From Lama glama (lineage: Eukaryota): a stretch of 64,000 nucleotides of DNA. A program made the position numbers and the translations under genes. The notes beneath the pieces are model-generated. The model searched no databases and was not told the origin of the DNA. It saw nothing but the letters and a program-made list of their open reading frames with translations. The stretch is taken from the NCBI GenBank assembly GCA_028534125.1, contig CM052816.1:4342001-4406000 (forward strand). Reading direction: 5' to 3'. Positions 35,700 to 49,855 of this stretch are shown piece after piece; within the stretch, counting starts at the first letter, position 1, and the number at the start of each line of letters is the position of its first letter.

Positions 35700-38340
35700 T
35701 TTCTTTCCTTTAAAAATATAAAAATAAGTTCGGGGTTGCTTGTTTTGAAGCAAAATGCAAAAATGTTGCTATAAATAATATGCCATAAATAATCTAACTT
35801 TATTCAATGTTTTGCTAATCACCTCTAGGTACGTGTATAAAGTCATAACTCACTCATTTTCTCTGCCATAAAATTCAGTGCATAAATATTCTACAACTTA
35901 ATTAATCACTCTCCTATTGACGGACATTTTTGTTATTTGCATTTTCATGCTATTATTAACAATGCTTTTATGAGCTTCTGGTATGTGTCAGCTGAGACAC
36001 ATGTGCAGAATTTCTGGAGGATAAATACTCAGCAGGGCAACTGCTGGTTCATAAAGTAAGCCAATGCTTAGTGTCACAAGAAAATGCCCAAGTATATTCC
36101 TAAAGGATTGCAGTCCCCAAGCAATGTATTAGAGTTCTCTGCAACGCTTCATGTTTTCAGACTTCTTCATCTATTCTAATCTGGCATATATAAATGAGAG
36201 CTTGGTGATGTCTCACTTTGCATCTCCCCAATTACTAATGAGGAATGACTTCCTCAATTACAACTGAGTTCCTAATGCACCTTTTCGTATGTGTACTGGT
36301 TATATGTTCTTTCTTTTCAGGGTAACTCCTGTTGAAGCCCTCTGCCCACTTTTCCATTAGGTCGTTTATCTTTTTCTTATTCTTTTGTAGTAGTTTTTCA
36401 ATATGTTCTAGTCACAACTTCATCATTTACAAGTTTGCTTTTTTAAAAAATATTTTTTGGTTTATGGCTGATCTCTTTCCTTTATATGTTTTTCGAAGAA
36501 CAAAATATAAAGAAAGGATCTGCAAAGTTACTGATTTCCTTTGAAATGTCTAATAAAACTGACAAGCTTATAATGAGACTGACAAGAAAAAGAGAGAAAC
36601 AGAGAAGGCAAGAGAGGAAGTTGGAAGACATGGTCCAAAGTAGGTGAGCAGTGTAGGATTCAGTGGCTGATGAGATACATGCTCTGATCGTCCGGTATTT
36701 TGTTTCTTTTCTTAAAAAAAAATACACAAATTAGAATATGATCATTATGTCATATTATACAGACAACATTCAAGCTCTTTACTTTTTACCAGTTTATTTT
36801 ACCCACCATCCCTTCCTCTATATCAGACCTCCCTTCCAGGATTACTTTTCTTTCAAAGTACATTCTTTAGCAGTTTCCTGGGTAAAGCTCTATTTATCTA
36901 TAAACGTGTTATTTCCCCTTATTATTAAAAGGGAGACAAGTCTAATTTGACAGCTACTTTCTCTGAGAACTACGAAGATACTCTTTCAGGTCTACTGTCC
37001 CCTAATATTGTCACTGAACAGCCTCCTGTTGATATTAACCACGGTTCCTTTGTAGGTGATCTGACTCTAGTCCCTACGTGCTTCTAAGACCTCTTTTTTT
37101 CTGTATTTGCAACTTCATTACAACATGCCTAGGTACAGATTCACTTTTTATTTATCTTGTTTGTACTTTTTACGTCTGAAGATTTATACCATTAGTTTCA
37201 TTTACTTTTTATTGAAGTATAGTCAGTTACAATGTGTCGATTTCTGGTGTACAGCACAATGTCCCAGTCATGCATCTACATACATATATTCATTTTCATA
37301 TTCTTTTTCATTAAAGGTTATTATAAGATATTGAATATAATTCCCTGTTCTATACAGAAGAAATTCAGGGTTTATCTATTTTTATAAATAGTGGCTTACA
37401 CTTGCAAATCTCAAACTCCCAAATTTCTCAGACACGATCTCTTCAAACGTGATGTCTCTTCCATTTTCTCCCTTTCTAGGACTCTGGTTAAACATAAAAC
37501 AAACTTTTCAGCTTAGCCTTTCTCTCTCTTAACTTCTCTCTCAGATTTTCCATCTCCCTGTCTCTTCTGTGCTGAATTCCGGGGTAATATCTTCTAATCT
37601 GTCTTCCTCTAACTTCAGCTGGGACTGTTATGCTGTTTATCAACCCATTAGGTTTATTCTATCAACTCCTTTTTCCCTTTTGAAAAGTTCTTTGTAAAAT
37701 CTTCCCAGTCACTTATTATAGTCTTTTGTTGCATGCTCATATTTTAAATAATTTCCTTTTCTTCCTTTAAAGAGTCGTATCAATGTACTTTATATTGTGA
37801 CATGTAATATGTAATCATTCCAGTACTTGAAAAGCTCAGGGGTTTGAGCCTGTTTTCTGTTTTGTTTTCCTTCCTACATCTCTGACTGATGATGGTTGGT
37901 TTCCTGGTATATTTTTTATCATCTTTGATTGTGGGACCACTGTTCTTATCTTCACTTGTGGGTTTCCTGTAGTTCCAAACAAGTGTGCTTTCCTCTAAAG
38001 AGGAATGGTGGTTGCTTTTGCTGGAAGCCAGGAGAGGCTCCCAACCTAAGATCACTTGGTCCCCTTCCAGGTCCTGATACCATGCAGGAGTCGGGTCCAG
38101 CTTCCTCAGCTTCTGGTTGAGAGCTGGCTCACTCAAGGTTGATCCTCAGATATGCTACATGGATATTGCACTCAAAACAGTTCCGGTCTTTCTCACTTGC
38201 TCCTTGCTCAATACCTCTCATTTGGGTTTCGGTTCCAGGTTTGTGGTTTCCTTTGGGGGCAGTGGTTGAGCATATGGAGGGCTGGAGAGTTCCTTTACTT
38301 GTTCCAAGCCTAGCGATACACTGAAACCTAGGTTTATCCA
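35700..38340 (-). mobile_element. Ancient fragmented L1M-like sequence
   Basis: T-rich diverged L1-like segments (ctcctattgacggacatttt; tttgcatctccccaattactaatgag; gttcctttgtaggtgatctg). Boundaries are approximate. Confidence 0.5.
37200..37427 (-). mobile_element. Younger L1 3' stub nested in older L1
   Basis: tttttattgaagtatagtcagttacaatgtgtc...ggttattataagatattgaatata...ttgcaaatctcaaactcccaaattt; complementary to the 3' UTR of the L1 at 6820-7010. Confidence 0.85.
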
Positions 38341-40499
38341 TGATCTAGGTGCTTTGCGCTCTTTGGGGTACTCCGGGCCAAGTGAAAGTGTAAAATAATA
38401 ATTTTTAACTTACTGTTGTAAGAGTTCAGTGTATGTACTCGTGGTCATATAAAACTGTCTACTTTCCTATCATATGGTGATTTTTTTGATGATGTGTTGG
38501 AAATGTCACCCAATTATGTTGCTCTTGGCTGACCACCTCCTTCTCCAAATCCTAGTGGATTCACTGTCTGTAACATCCAGTTTAACTCTCAATTATGTGC
38601 AATAGTTCACCACTCAATCTGCTCTGGGTAAATACATGCCATCTGTAGGTTTTCCAAGGACAGAAAGCATTGTCCTTACTTGTCTTTTATTCTCCCAAGA
38701 CCCCAAGTACAAAAAAAGGTCCATGAGCAAAAAACAATGGCTGGTAATTTCATTATGTAAAAAAGTTCATACAGTGAAATTAAGAATAGAATTCTTGATA
38801 AGCCCAAAAGATATACAATTAGAGATCTACTTATTTTGGAAATAATTCATCCCTTTATCACAAGTAAAATCAATGATGGGAAATATAAATACTCAATCCC
38901 CTTCCTAAAACTACAATTTAAGCTACTTTTGTAAAACTTCCAGGAGGATGTGGGAAGAGAAATGCTATCATCACTCTCTCAAAGGAAGATGAAATTCTTA
39001 ATTTTGCATGGAAAAAACTGCATTTGTTTCTGTATGAATCTCTCTCTACTGCATTCTTCAACCAGAAGCATATTGCCTCCTCCAGGTTTCAAAACCAAAA
39101 CAGACCTAATGATACAAGCACAATTCCTTAGTGAATAAAGTTACAAAGAGCCTAGCTACTCAGGACCAATTTGTAATCAGAGCATCAAGCCATATGGTAC
39201 GGAAATGTCAATTCTGGCGCAGCCTTGATGAGCTAAGATTGAACACCCGAGCCAGTTTATCATATTATCCTGACTGCCCTCTTCTGAAGCTGGCAGGCCC
39301 AACTTGAGTACAAAAAGGATTTCAGTTTGAATGATCTGCATCAGAAAAAGGACCACCCAGACTGATGTTTTTTCATTGCTATTTTTTTAAAGAAATAAGT
39401 GCACAGAAAACATCCAATGTAAGTATTTTCCCCAAATCAAGTGGTCCTGTATAATGTTCTCCAATATGATGTATAAAAATAAAAAGCTAGGAGTTAAGAG
39501 TTACTTTTGTTGTCAAAAACATGTGTCACTCAAAACAATGTATTCATACATTTCAAGCATTTCTCCCTGTATTTTTGTCTTTGAGCTCGTGGGGCTAACA
39601 CTGGGACAGTCACTCCAAAAGCTTCCTTAAGGTAGGTTGGGTAGGGCAGAACTGGCTCTTAGTAATTCTCCGTGTTATTTATTTCATTCTATTTCCATCC
39701 AAACTACTGATTTTCAAAATGAAAATTTTACTTTGAGTACAAAGTAAAATTCCCTCCCTACTTTGGCTGGTAAAGGAATTTCCCAGCTGATGATTTACAA
39801 CTTGCTTCTTTCAGAAATTTCCCCTGACTTCCCTGCCTACAAATCCGGATGGAGCTGCCTCCATCTCTTCCGCTGTTTTCAGGAGCCGAACCTGGTGCGT
39901 TCACTTTCTAATCAGTTCCCTTATTCAAGTGTCTGTTCCTTCATTGAACACTTATTTCCTGGGTACATTTCTCTGCTTCCTTCAAACTCACTAGGATGAC
40001 AGGCAAGAGACTTTGAAAAATCCTGGGCTCTGTAAAGGAAAAAATCTATTTTTTTTGTATTTTAGAAACAGTCATACACCCTTCTTTAAACCTTCTACAG
40101 AAACCTAGCTGAAGCGGCTTAAATGGAGTTTTTTATTTTTATTACAGTCTATAGACTGGCCTTAAAACAGCTTTTTCCTAGGAGTTGACATGCGCTACTG
40201 CACTCCTCTCCGTCAAGGAGCGCTAGCTTCCTTGCTGGTCCTCAAGTGTGAAGCCCATTGTCCTATCTCAGGGCCTTTGTACTTGCTCTCCCTTCTGCAT
40301 GGAATGATCTTGTAGCAGAGACCTCCTAGACAGCATCCAGCTTAGGTCTCAATAACACACAATTGCTTATCATTCTCAACCTGTTTGGGGTAAGTAAACG
40401 CTGTCTCCAGATTCTTTAAGAGCAAGAGGCAATGTCTTCACTTGCCCCATATCTTCTTTCCCCTTCCGTCTCCTCCCCCACCTCCCTGCCCACATCCAG

Positions 40500-40500
<1 letters not shown>

Positions 40501-40550
<50 letters not shown>
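40501..40550. repeat. (CA)25 microsatellite
   Basis: Perfect repeat read directly. Confidence 0.97.
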
Positions 40551-40556
<6 letters not shown>

Positions 40557-41632
40557 GGGGGCAGGTTAGCTCCAGGGTTTAGATTCTTAATCATTACATT
40601 TTAAATAAATCCCAGCACACTCATGTGCTGAAATATTATGCCGCTCAGAAAAATAAAGAGGCAGCTCAATATAAAGTTTTGATAACTAACCTTAAGATGC
40701 ACCATTTAAATAAAAAAGAAAATAAAAAACAAGGTACAGCCCATCTGTCATCTGTGTGAAAGTGGGAAAAACAGGTGCTTTCTGTCCCATACCTGGCAGG
40801 GAAAAAGCAGAAGACTCACGCAACATAGCTGTACTGGAAAAGAGAGAAACGGTGACTTGGGATCAGGGATGGAAGAATGCTTATATATATTTTTTACCAA
40901 TATTGTACTATTTCGATTTTTACTATTCCTATGCAGAGCAAAACAAATTGAAATTTACCATTAAAAATAAAAATTCTGCCCCCCTAGTCACAACAGTCTT
41001 CAGAGTTTCCAGCAAGTGTTCTCTGCACACCAGGAATGGCAAAACCGGGCTCTCATGTGGTGCTGGTGTTCATGCCTTGAAACCTAAGAGTAAAGCTCTC
41101 TGGGTTATGAAAGGGTCCAGAGACAGAGAGAGGTACGGGAATAAAAGACAGCCAAACTGGCATCAATGCTTCTTCCATCCTCCAGGATTTCAACCCCATT
41201 TGATCAAAAAGTCTGCAGAGGCCCACAGAGGAGTCACAGGGTCACCACCATTCCTGCCCCTCTACAGATCCTTCCAACCACGAGCACCTTCTGCCAAACC
41301 CATACATCTCCAATCAATTCTGTCACTCAAATCTCACCCCCACCAAAAAAAAAAAAAATCTACATGAAGGGAGTGAAAGTCAAGTCCAGGTAAAAAGCAG
41401 AAGAGATGAGCAATCAGTGACAACAACCTGCTGTCAGACTGAAGCTAAGTAATGGCCCAGAGTCCACAGTCAAAGATGCTTTTACTCCTGGGAAGGAGGA
41501 ACACCCGAATCCAGGTCTAACGCCACTCTGCTACCTACTAGGCTGACATGGGATCTCAGACGAGGGAAAACGGCATCACCTCCCCAAGCCTCACTTTCTG
41601 CATCTCTCAAAGTCTACAGGAACTGATTAGGT

Positions 41633-41990
41633 CAGCATTTTTCAGGTTGTGTGTTTCACCCCATTTGAGTCACAAAATAAATGTTGTGGGTCATAGCATA
41701 ATCTTTTTAATGAACTAGGACAGAAAAGAAAATATCAAGGGGTATCACCCAAAGTGAAAAAGGGTAAATATTATTTTTTGAAATGTTTGCTTCAGTTAAT
41801 GCGTGACTATGCTGTGTCTGCATGTGGACGTGTATACAGTGGGTAACAGAATACAGTGGCATAGGAAATGTCAGTAAATATCCCACAGGAAGACTATATA
41901 GTATTTTTTTTAAACCTTTGTGTCAGTTGTGTGTGTGCCTATGTATTAGGCAAGGATGTAAAATATGTTTCGTAATGTACATTATAGTCA
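41633..41990 (+). mobile_element. hAT Charlie4-like fragment
   Basis: agaaaagaaaatatcaagg...agggtaaatattattttttgaaatgtttgcttcagtt; a related inverted piece lies at 52285-52490. Confidence 0.5.
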
Positions 41991-44900
41991 TTTCAAAGTC
42001 ACAGAACAAGATATTCCCTAAGCTTCTTTCAAGCTCAGAGTTTTCTAAGTCAACTGGAGACAGTATTAGTTAGTCAAGTTTGAAAGTAAGAAAATTCTGG
42101 ATTTAAAGCCCTGTTCTGCCACATACAGCAGTGAGGATTTGATACAAGTTAACTTTCCAAGATGCCCTTTCCTTGCCTTTCTCTGAAGACCCTACTTGGA
42201 GACCTGGATGACTGGTACCAGGTGAAGGAAGGATGTGTCCCCTTCCCTCCCGCCATTTTGCACTGCTTCTCAATATTGTCCTGCTCACAATATCACATCT
42301 TTATTTATTTATACTTTTCAGCATTATTTGTCATCTCTATGATAATATCATCATTCCCCTAATCATAACTTCGATGTTGGGTTAGCAGGCATCAGAGGGA
42401 AGGAAAATCGTGTGAGAACTTAGAACCATGTGGGCACATAGTAGGTCCTCGGTAAATGCAAACATGAGCGTTAGCAAGAGAAACAGCAGTAGGTGGTGGG
42501 CTGGTGGCGGTAGTGCTGGCAGTGTTCACCCTTAATGCTTGTCAAAATGCCTTTTTAAAATGAGAAGTGTAGGGCCAGATGTTAGGTCCAGGAAGTTCCA
42601 GTAGCTCAATGAGATCACACCCAGGAAGTCTGGCATTTTAAGAGGACCATAGAAAATCCCCAGTTATTTGAAGTCCAAAGGAATTGCCTTTTAATAGAGG
42701 GATTTATCTGGCACCCACACAAGCTGGAGAAGGGAGCAATTTGTTCTGGTGGGAGGGGTACAAAGACAGGTGCCTCCCCCTTGCACTCAATCCATGAACA
42801 CCAAATGAAAAATAGCACCAATATCTCAGACTGATTATGGCTGAGAGGCAAAGAGAATTCTTAACAGTGCCACCTTCTTGAATGATCCCAGTCTTGTTAC
42901 TTTGGGTTGATGTGGCAAACCTTTTGGGAGGCAGGGAAGGTGCTGTGTTGAAATATTTCTACTGCCTTGTCAGCAGTGATTATAATGTTTCCAAAGGATC
43001 ACCCACAATATTTCGCACCAACGATCTGTGTCTTAACTGCCTCCATAATACTGACACCATATGATAAAGATCTGTGTGTTAGCCACGTCAGAGACCACTG
43101 CACAGGTTTGTGTGTCTGAGAATGGATTTAGGCTGGTCTATTTTAGTCAGACTCCAAGGCACCCCAGAGGTAGAGAGAAGGGTCTCAAGGTGACTGCTTC
43201 TCATACAGAAAAAGCACGAAGAAAGGAGAGCGTGATCTGAACCACTGCGTTGCCAACATGCCAGGGGCTTGGCAAAGAACTTCTATACATCTCTACCTCT
43301 TGACATACCACACTCAAGAACATCAAAGGAGAAGCCCTGTCAAGTCACGTCTCCTTGTTTGAAAAGCAGACCAGGAATCCCAGAAACCTACAAGACCTTG
43401 CCAACATAGGACCTACCAAGATGCTCTCCCACAAACGTCTCTTGACACTCTGCGTTTGCCTGGATCATTTCAGTCCTGCATCCCTCCTTCTCAGCATCAG
43501 CTTTATCCTGGAATTTTGCACAGTCCAGGCTATAAGCATGGAGAAGGCTTGCAAGTATCCCTTCAAAGCAAATAAGCAGCTCACCACTAATGTGTTCATC
43601 ACTCTCGGCTGTGCATTAAGAGTCCTGGGCGAGCAGCCAAAAACCTCTGGCTCTCACACTGGCTCTGGCATTAACTTGCTGGGTGATCTCAGGCAAGTCC
43701 CTTGCCTTCTCTGAGCCTGAGTTTTCTCACCTCCTATACAAGCTGGTAGAATGAGATTATCTCTAACTTTGGTTCTAACTCCAGGAGTCTCTTAATTTTT
43801 AAAACTTTTGGGCTGAGGAACAAAAGTGCCTTTCTGAGCAACTAATTAAATGTACAGATAAAATCACATTAACTTATAAATCAGAATGTCCCTCTAATTA
43901 CATCTGAAGCAACATCATGATGGAACTTGCCCAAAGCTACCAACGCAGTTAATCGACAACCACCGATACCGTTACATTCCTCCTCCATCTGACGAACTGA
44001 TGCCTCTGGGGGCACATAATACAGAAGGTTTCCAGTTTCAGTGCTTGCATGTTTCCCTTTCAGAGTTCAAAGACAATGACCACTTTTTTCTCTGCTACCA
44101 AGAAATAGCTCCAAGTTTCAGTTGGTCATTCGAAAGTATTCCGTACGTTTTCCATATGCCACGCACTGTCCTGGGCACTGTGGGTACAACTTCAATTAAG
44201 ACCAGGTCCGTAATCTCAAAAAGCTTATAAACAGACTGAGGAACACATATAAAAAGAAGTAAATGGACACACACTACAGTTGAAGTGAAGAAACACACTA
44301 GAAAGGCATCTAACTTAGCCCTTAAAGAGTCAAGGGTGATTTTCCTAAAGAAGCAGCATCTATGCCGAGACCTTAGAAACAGGGAGAATTTAACCAGGCA
44401 AAAGTAACTGGGGATGGATCTGTGAAAACTCTATCCCAACAGCCAGAAAAAGCAAAAACCAGTACTTGGAGGTGATGTAACCACTTAAAAATCATCCCCC
44501 CAAATTCAAAAGATTCCCACCCAGAAGTGTTCTACTTGACACTCTAGCAATGGGTTTAATTAAAATACAAACCAGAATATGTTTCATATGCAACACTCTG
44601 TCTTAATGTATAAAGAAGGAACAGTGAGTCATGTTAATGTAACGGTAAGAGTTGGGAGAATTGAAAAGGACAGATCTGGATCACGAGCCTGGGTCTGTTA
44701 TTTAGGATCTGGGTGACCTGGGCAAGTTGCTTAACCCCTGCAATGTCAGTTTCATCCTCAGTTAAATGGAGCCTAGTACATGTCGTATGTTTAGCAAATT
44801 CTAGGTAACGGGTGAGTCCTTACCACACGCCAGGCTCAGCACTCTGGTCCCTGACCAAGGTAAGTTCCAGCAGCAAACACAGAAGGGCCATCTTGTCATC

Positions 44901-45818
44901 GGCTTCTATGTCCAGGCGAAGAAATGGAGGCTTGGGGACATTCCATAACCAGGCCAAGGTTATAACAGCAAGCAAGGTGGAAGCAGGCCTTGACCTCAGA
45001 GCCCAAGCCCTAACCACTCAGTGTTTCCTCCCACAGTCTACTTCTCTACCGCCAGCCACGCCAGAAAAGTGGGTTTCCCCCACTGAAGTGGGAGAAAAAT
45101 TCCCAGCATGTTAAAGATGCAGGCATTGTCAGTGTAAGTTACTCTTTGGTTTACATTCTATTCACCAATGGCTGTGGTTATTTAAAGCACATGTAACACA
45201 CAGTTGCCTATCAGCATACCTCAGCTCAATTAGCATCCTTGAATAAGAGGTCAGGGTTAAAAGCAACAGATTCAGAACATAAACTTGGACCTGAAAAGGG
45301 AAAGATGACAAAACAGTTTGCTGGACAAGATGTCTGGCACCTTTGGCCACTTTTCAATGAAATAGAAGGGGAAAGATGTCCAGGTCACCGAGAAAACAGT
45401 TTAAGTGGGCCAGAAGGAGCGTGGGCATGATGGCAACTTGTTACCTGCAGGAGTAGGCACAGACATATTCTGAAGGAGTCAAAAGCATAATAACGAAGGG
45501 AGGAGAGGGGTCCTTCCTACCTGACAGCTAGAACCGCTAAATTGGGAGCGTGACACTTTGTCACAGCAGCACAGTGGCCTGGCTCACAGTGTCGTTTTGT
45601 GTCAAGTATGAGTACAAATACCAACAGTGATGCATTAAAGGACCATTTGATGCTTCCTTACAGGCCTTCCAACCTGGCACAGGAAAAAAACGAGTGTAAC
45701 AAACATCACTGTGACAGCTACACCTCTCAAAGAGCTTTCAAAGTTGCCTCCAGGTTGATCAGCTTGTTTCCTTACTCGTGGTGCCTCAGCATGGGCTGTG
45801 GCAGACACAGAGTATACT

Positions 45819-45820
<2 letters not shown>

Positions 45821-45864
<44 letters not shown>
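45821..45864. repeat. (GT)22 microsatellite
   Basis: Perfect repeat read directly. Confidence 0.97.
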
Positions 45865-45867
<3 letters not shown>

Positions 45868-46324
45868 GCTTGAAGCAGGAGGGGCATGGAGTTCTCTTGA
45901 AGCCATTTGAAAGGGATCCACAGCGTCAGATGCCAAGAGCTAAAGAATAACTGGGGCAAATGGTAATATGCAGACACAGACTCAAGGCAGGAACTAAAAA
46001 TACAGACTTCTGGGCTCTCTGCCCCAAGGTTTGGATTCAGGAAGCCTCTAGTAGGGTCCAGGAACTTGGATTTTGATTTAGATGCTCATGTGACCTTGAG
46101 AATGAGCCAAATGTGACAACCACTGATGTTGTGGAGGGGAAGGCTGGACTGAGACTCAAGATAGCAGGGCGCTGGTCCCAGTTCTGACACCTGCTGGTTG
46201 TAAGATCTCTGGTAAGTCACGTGTCAGTTTCTTCAGCTGCTTCGCATTTTCCTCAGTTGATAAAGCGGAGAGAGAGAGAGTGCTTGGGAGAGCTCTCCAA
46301 GCATCTTTAACTCCACTCATCTAG

Positions 46325-46580
46325 AATGCAGAGTTAGGATGAGCACGCCTGGGTTCAAATTTCAGCACTGCTGCAGCACCGGTTGCTGGACCATAGACAA
46401 CTAATATCATTTCCCTGGGACAAGTAATATAATTTCTCTAAGTCTCAGTTTCCTCAACTAGAAAATGCTGACGATAGTAACAACGCCTAAGGCATAGATT
46501 TTTTGAGTGTTAACTAGTCAGTGTATAAAGAATGACCAGGACGGTGCCCTGCCGAGCGCCAAATACCTGTTGGTTATTTG
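46325..46580 (+). mobile_element. MIR SINE
   Basis: gcctgggttcaaatttcagcactg...ctctaagtctcagtttcctcaactagaaaatg. Confidence 0.75.
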
Positions 46581-47309
46581 GAACACCCCTGACAAGGTCA
46601 ACCAGAAGAGCTGTCCGCTGTCCCCTGAAGCTACTGTGATTAATGAGGTTTGGGGAAAGGTAACCCTGGCTGAGCAATCCTTGGACTTGTCCTTTTATCC
46701 AGAGAAATTCACAAGAAATGAGCTTTTCTGGGAGGACAGAATACCAGGGGGAAGCATTTAACTATGTCTCTTAGGAGGAAATATGGGAACAAATGAGAGA
46801 AATGTGTTATACCATCTATACCATGTTTATCAAAGTGTAGCTCGGGGATGCCCTGCTTTAGAATTAATGGGCTTTCATTCCAGTAGCACAATCCCGTCCC
46901 TACTGAATCAAACTCCCAGGGGGGCGGGTCCAGTAATGTGCTTTGCTCAGAAGCTATCCAGGAGATTCTTCCACAAACAGGGGTTAGAGAATCACTGGCA
47001 AATACTGGTAATGGAACGACTCTTCCCTCTCATCCTCCAGCCCTTTTTACCCAGGAAACAAAACAAAACAAAACAGTAAAGGCAAATGAACTTATGCATC
47101 TGTGCATTTACCAAGAATCTAAACTTCTTACATCCTTGTCATCTCCACTGCAGCTGGGTTCCAAGAGGGTGTCCAGTTTCTGCATAATTCACAACTCCGC
47201 AGAGAAGTGAACACAAACCAAGGGCTGGCTACTTAAGGATGTGGATTATGCCCACTTCCTTGGAATGCCAGTGTGGCTTATAAAAATTAAATACAAAAAG
47301 CGAGTACCT

Positions 47310-47590
47310 CTCACTTCATCCGCCTCCTCTGTTCTCCAGCCTTCCTCTCCTCCCCACCTGACTTCCCTACCTGCTCCCATTCCTTTCCCTTTCTTTGTTC
47401 ACACTCATCTTTGGATTTCTTTCCCCTCCCTTCCCTTCCTTCCACTTCTCCCTCCCACCCCCCACTCCTCTTATGCTTTGCCCCATCTACCCTGCATCTT
47501 TCCTTCTCTCTTTTCCTCCTTCCTTTCACCTCTGTGTACATGTCTCTCTGATTCTTCCTTCCTTCCTTCTGCCTCTGTGTCTCTCTGTCA
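47310..47590. repeat. CT-rich low-complexity polypyrimidine/polypurine tract
   Basis: About 280 bp that is predominantly C/T on the + strand. Confidence 0.8.
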
Positions 47591-49564
47591 GCCAGCTCCC
47601 TCAAGTCAAGAGACTCACTCTATTTACAAGTTCTTGGCCATCAGCTACCCGTGGGCCCACGTAAGGAGGATAATTTTCGGAAGAAAGACTAAATGGGGGC
47701 TGGAAAGATGTAGCAGCAATTCATGGTGTAGAAACAGCAAGGCTAAACAGCTCTAGTACCCAGAGTCTCCCCTGAAGGAGAAGCTGCTGGTCCAAGCGCT
47801 AGCAGTGGAGGGTGCTTTTGCATTGTGAGTGTCCATCACTTCATTTCCACAGTACAAACAGCTCACTGGCATGCAGTGGAGTGGCGGCACCAAGGGCATA
47901 TTGGGAAAGCTTCAGTATCTCCAAATATCCAATCTTCTCAAAGCCAATCAACCATCTCAAGATACAAAATCTGAGTGTTTACTCTGCGTGCTGCCTCCAG
48001 ACACCTCCCCTCCCCACACACCTCCCTTCAGCTGCTCCACCATCTTCCAACCTGACATCCATCTCTAAGCATCTCCTTTACAAACAAGGTTTCTGCCATG
48101 GGGTGGGGGACTGTACCTAATCTAGAGATGGTTTAACTGAGGGATGGAGAAGTTACTCCGCCGACTCTGGAAGATACTACTTTGGAGTGCCACCACTTTC
48201 AAGGACGGAAATCACCTCACCAAAGGATGGCGCATTCAAAGGAAACTTTTTCAAAGCACTGCCACGCCCTCTCCCAGCTCGCAATTCGAGTCTCCGTGGG
48301 TGGGTGGGGAACTTGGTCTCTCTCTAGTCGCTTTCCTACAGCTCTCAAACTCGACCTGACCCCACACTCTCCCCACCCACATGCTTCCCATCCACCCCTA
48401 CCCCTACTTCTACTCCTCCATCTGAGTCTTAGGATAAAAGTGCAGGACAAAGGTAAAGAAGAATAAACTTGTGCATTGCACGCCCCAGGTGCTCCTGCAA
48501 CTCCCCCTCCGCTTGGGAGAGTACAGAGGAGCAAAATGCTGAGGTTTGGCTCGCTGCCCATCCCAGGGAGCTGGAATACCCGCGGCCAGGGACCACGAAG
48601 AAGGCCGGGGACCAGCCAAGTCCGCGTCGCCCCAGCTGAATGGCCCCTCAGTTGCCTGCAAGTTGAAACCTCAGTCAGGCACACAATGAAGCCGCTGTTT
48701 TCCGACAGGAGGCATTTGGATGCCTCACACACTCACCCCGAATCGGGCCTGAGAGCAGAGAGCGCAGTTCCTTACCCATGTTCAGAAGCGCCCCTAGAAG
48801 CAGCAGCCTGGGCCCGGGGGGGAGGGAGCGGCTCCCTTCCTCCGCGCCCGGCCACAGGAAGCCCGCGCAGGCCACCTGTTGGACTCTGTCTGGCTGCCCC
48901 AGATCTTGCTCCTCCAAACCTGCACCGCGGAGCGGGGCACCCCGGGTACCCTACGCGTCAGCGACAGAAAAATTTCACTCTCGCCTTCTCCTGTGGTTAC
49001 CTTTCCTGTTTCCAATCACACACATACACACTTCCCTAATATTCGAGCAGCTGCCTCTCTTTAATGAAGCGCGCTTAGCCTACACTAGGGGCCCGGGCTG
49101 CTCACGATCTCCCAGAGCGCCCAGGTGGCTGCGGATCTCCAAGCGCTTACTCCAGGTGCCCGCTTAATGTGCGGGCAACAGAAAAGCCCCAAATGGCACG
49201 CTGGTGGGGGAGCAGTCAGTGGTCTGCTCTAGGGAGCCCCCTTTCTCCTTGGGAAGCGGAAGAGGTCTCTCTCCTTGGTTTAGAAATGAAGGCGTGTGGG
49301 GATGCCCCGAAGGCAGTCGGATTGGGAGAAACAATGTTGCATTTCGCTGCCAAATCCCAGTACAGGTGCAAGGAGTCTCAACTTTCTCTTTTCTCCCTGC
49401 CATCCCTACAAACAACTAACTGGGGGTAAAGGGCGCCACCACGACCGGGCTACTCACCCCTGGGTACGGACGCCGCCCCCTCAGGAGACCTCAGCAAACG
49501 GGCGCGCGTGGAATCCGCGAAACGCCGTGGAGTCTCGCTCCTCTCCCGGGCCACGCGACGAAGG

Positions 49565-49651
49565 CTACGCGCTCCAAGCGGGGCAGCCGAGAGCAGTGGA
49601 TCCCATGGGTGGCGAGTTGGCAGAGGGCGCGCCGCCCGGCTGGGGGCGCAT
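49565..49651 (-). other. Candidate uORF3, 28 aa (MRPQPGGAPSANSPPMGSTALGCPAWSA*)
   Basis: ATG at 49651 (G at -3) and an in-frame second ATG at 49606 (gccacccATGG); TAG ends at 49565. Confidence 0.5.
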
Positions 49652-49834
49652 CGCTCCCAGGGCTGGCGCAGGCTGCGGCGGGGAGAGGGGCTCCCGGGGA
49701 AGTTGGCGGCGCTGGGGGCTGACTTCGGACTTCGCGCTAGCTTTGGCTGGAGTGGCCGGGCGCGTCCTCCGGGAGAGACCAGGGGCTCGCCAGCGAACGG
49801 GGTCTGGCTGCGGGTAGCCTCCGTTGGCCGCCGC

Positions 49835-49855
49835 CTAGTATGAGGGCAGCGGCAT
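49835..49855 (-). other. Candidate uORF2 (MPLPSY*)
   Basis: gcgATGccgctgccctcatacTAG, with G at -3. Confidence 0.5.

Noticed and set aside
40756..41367. 203-aa ORF
   Set aside because: GTG start, no domain-like composition and no supporting splice structure; treated as chance.
45436..45480. Minus-strand YAG|GT juxtaposition (cctactcctgcAG|GTaaca) resembling a recursive splice site
   Set aside because: Donor part is weak and another AG lies about 25 nt upstream; too likely by chance.
40501..45864. (CA)25 and (GT)22 in inverted orientation 5.3 kb apart
   Set aside because: Common microsatellites; nothing beyond complementarity suggests functional pairing.
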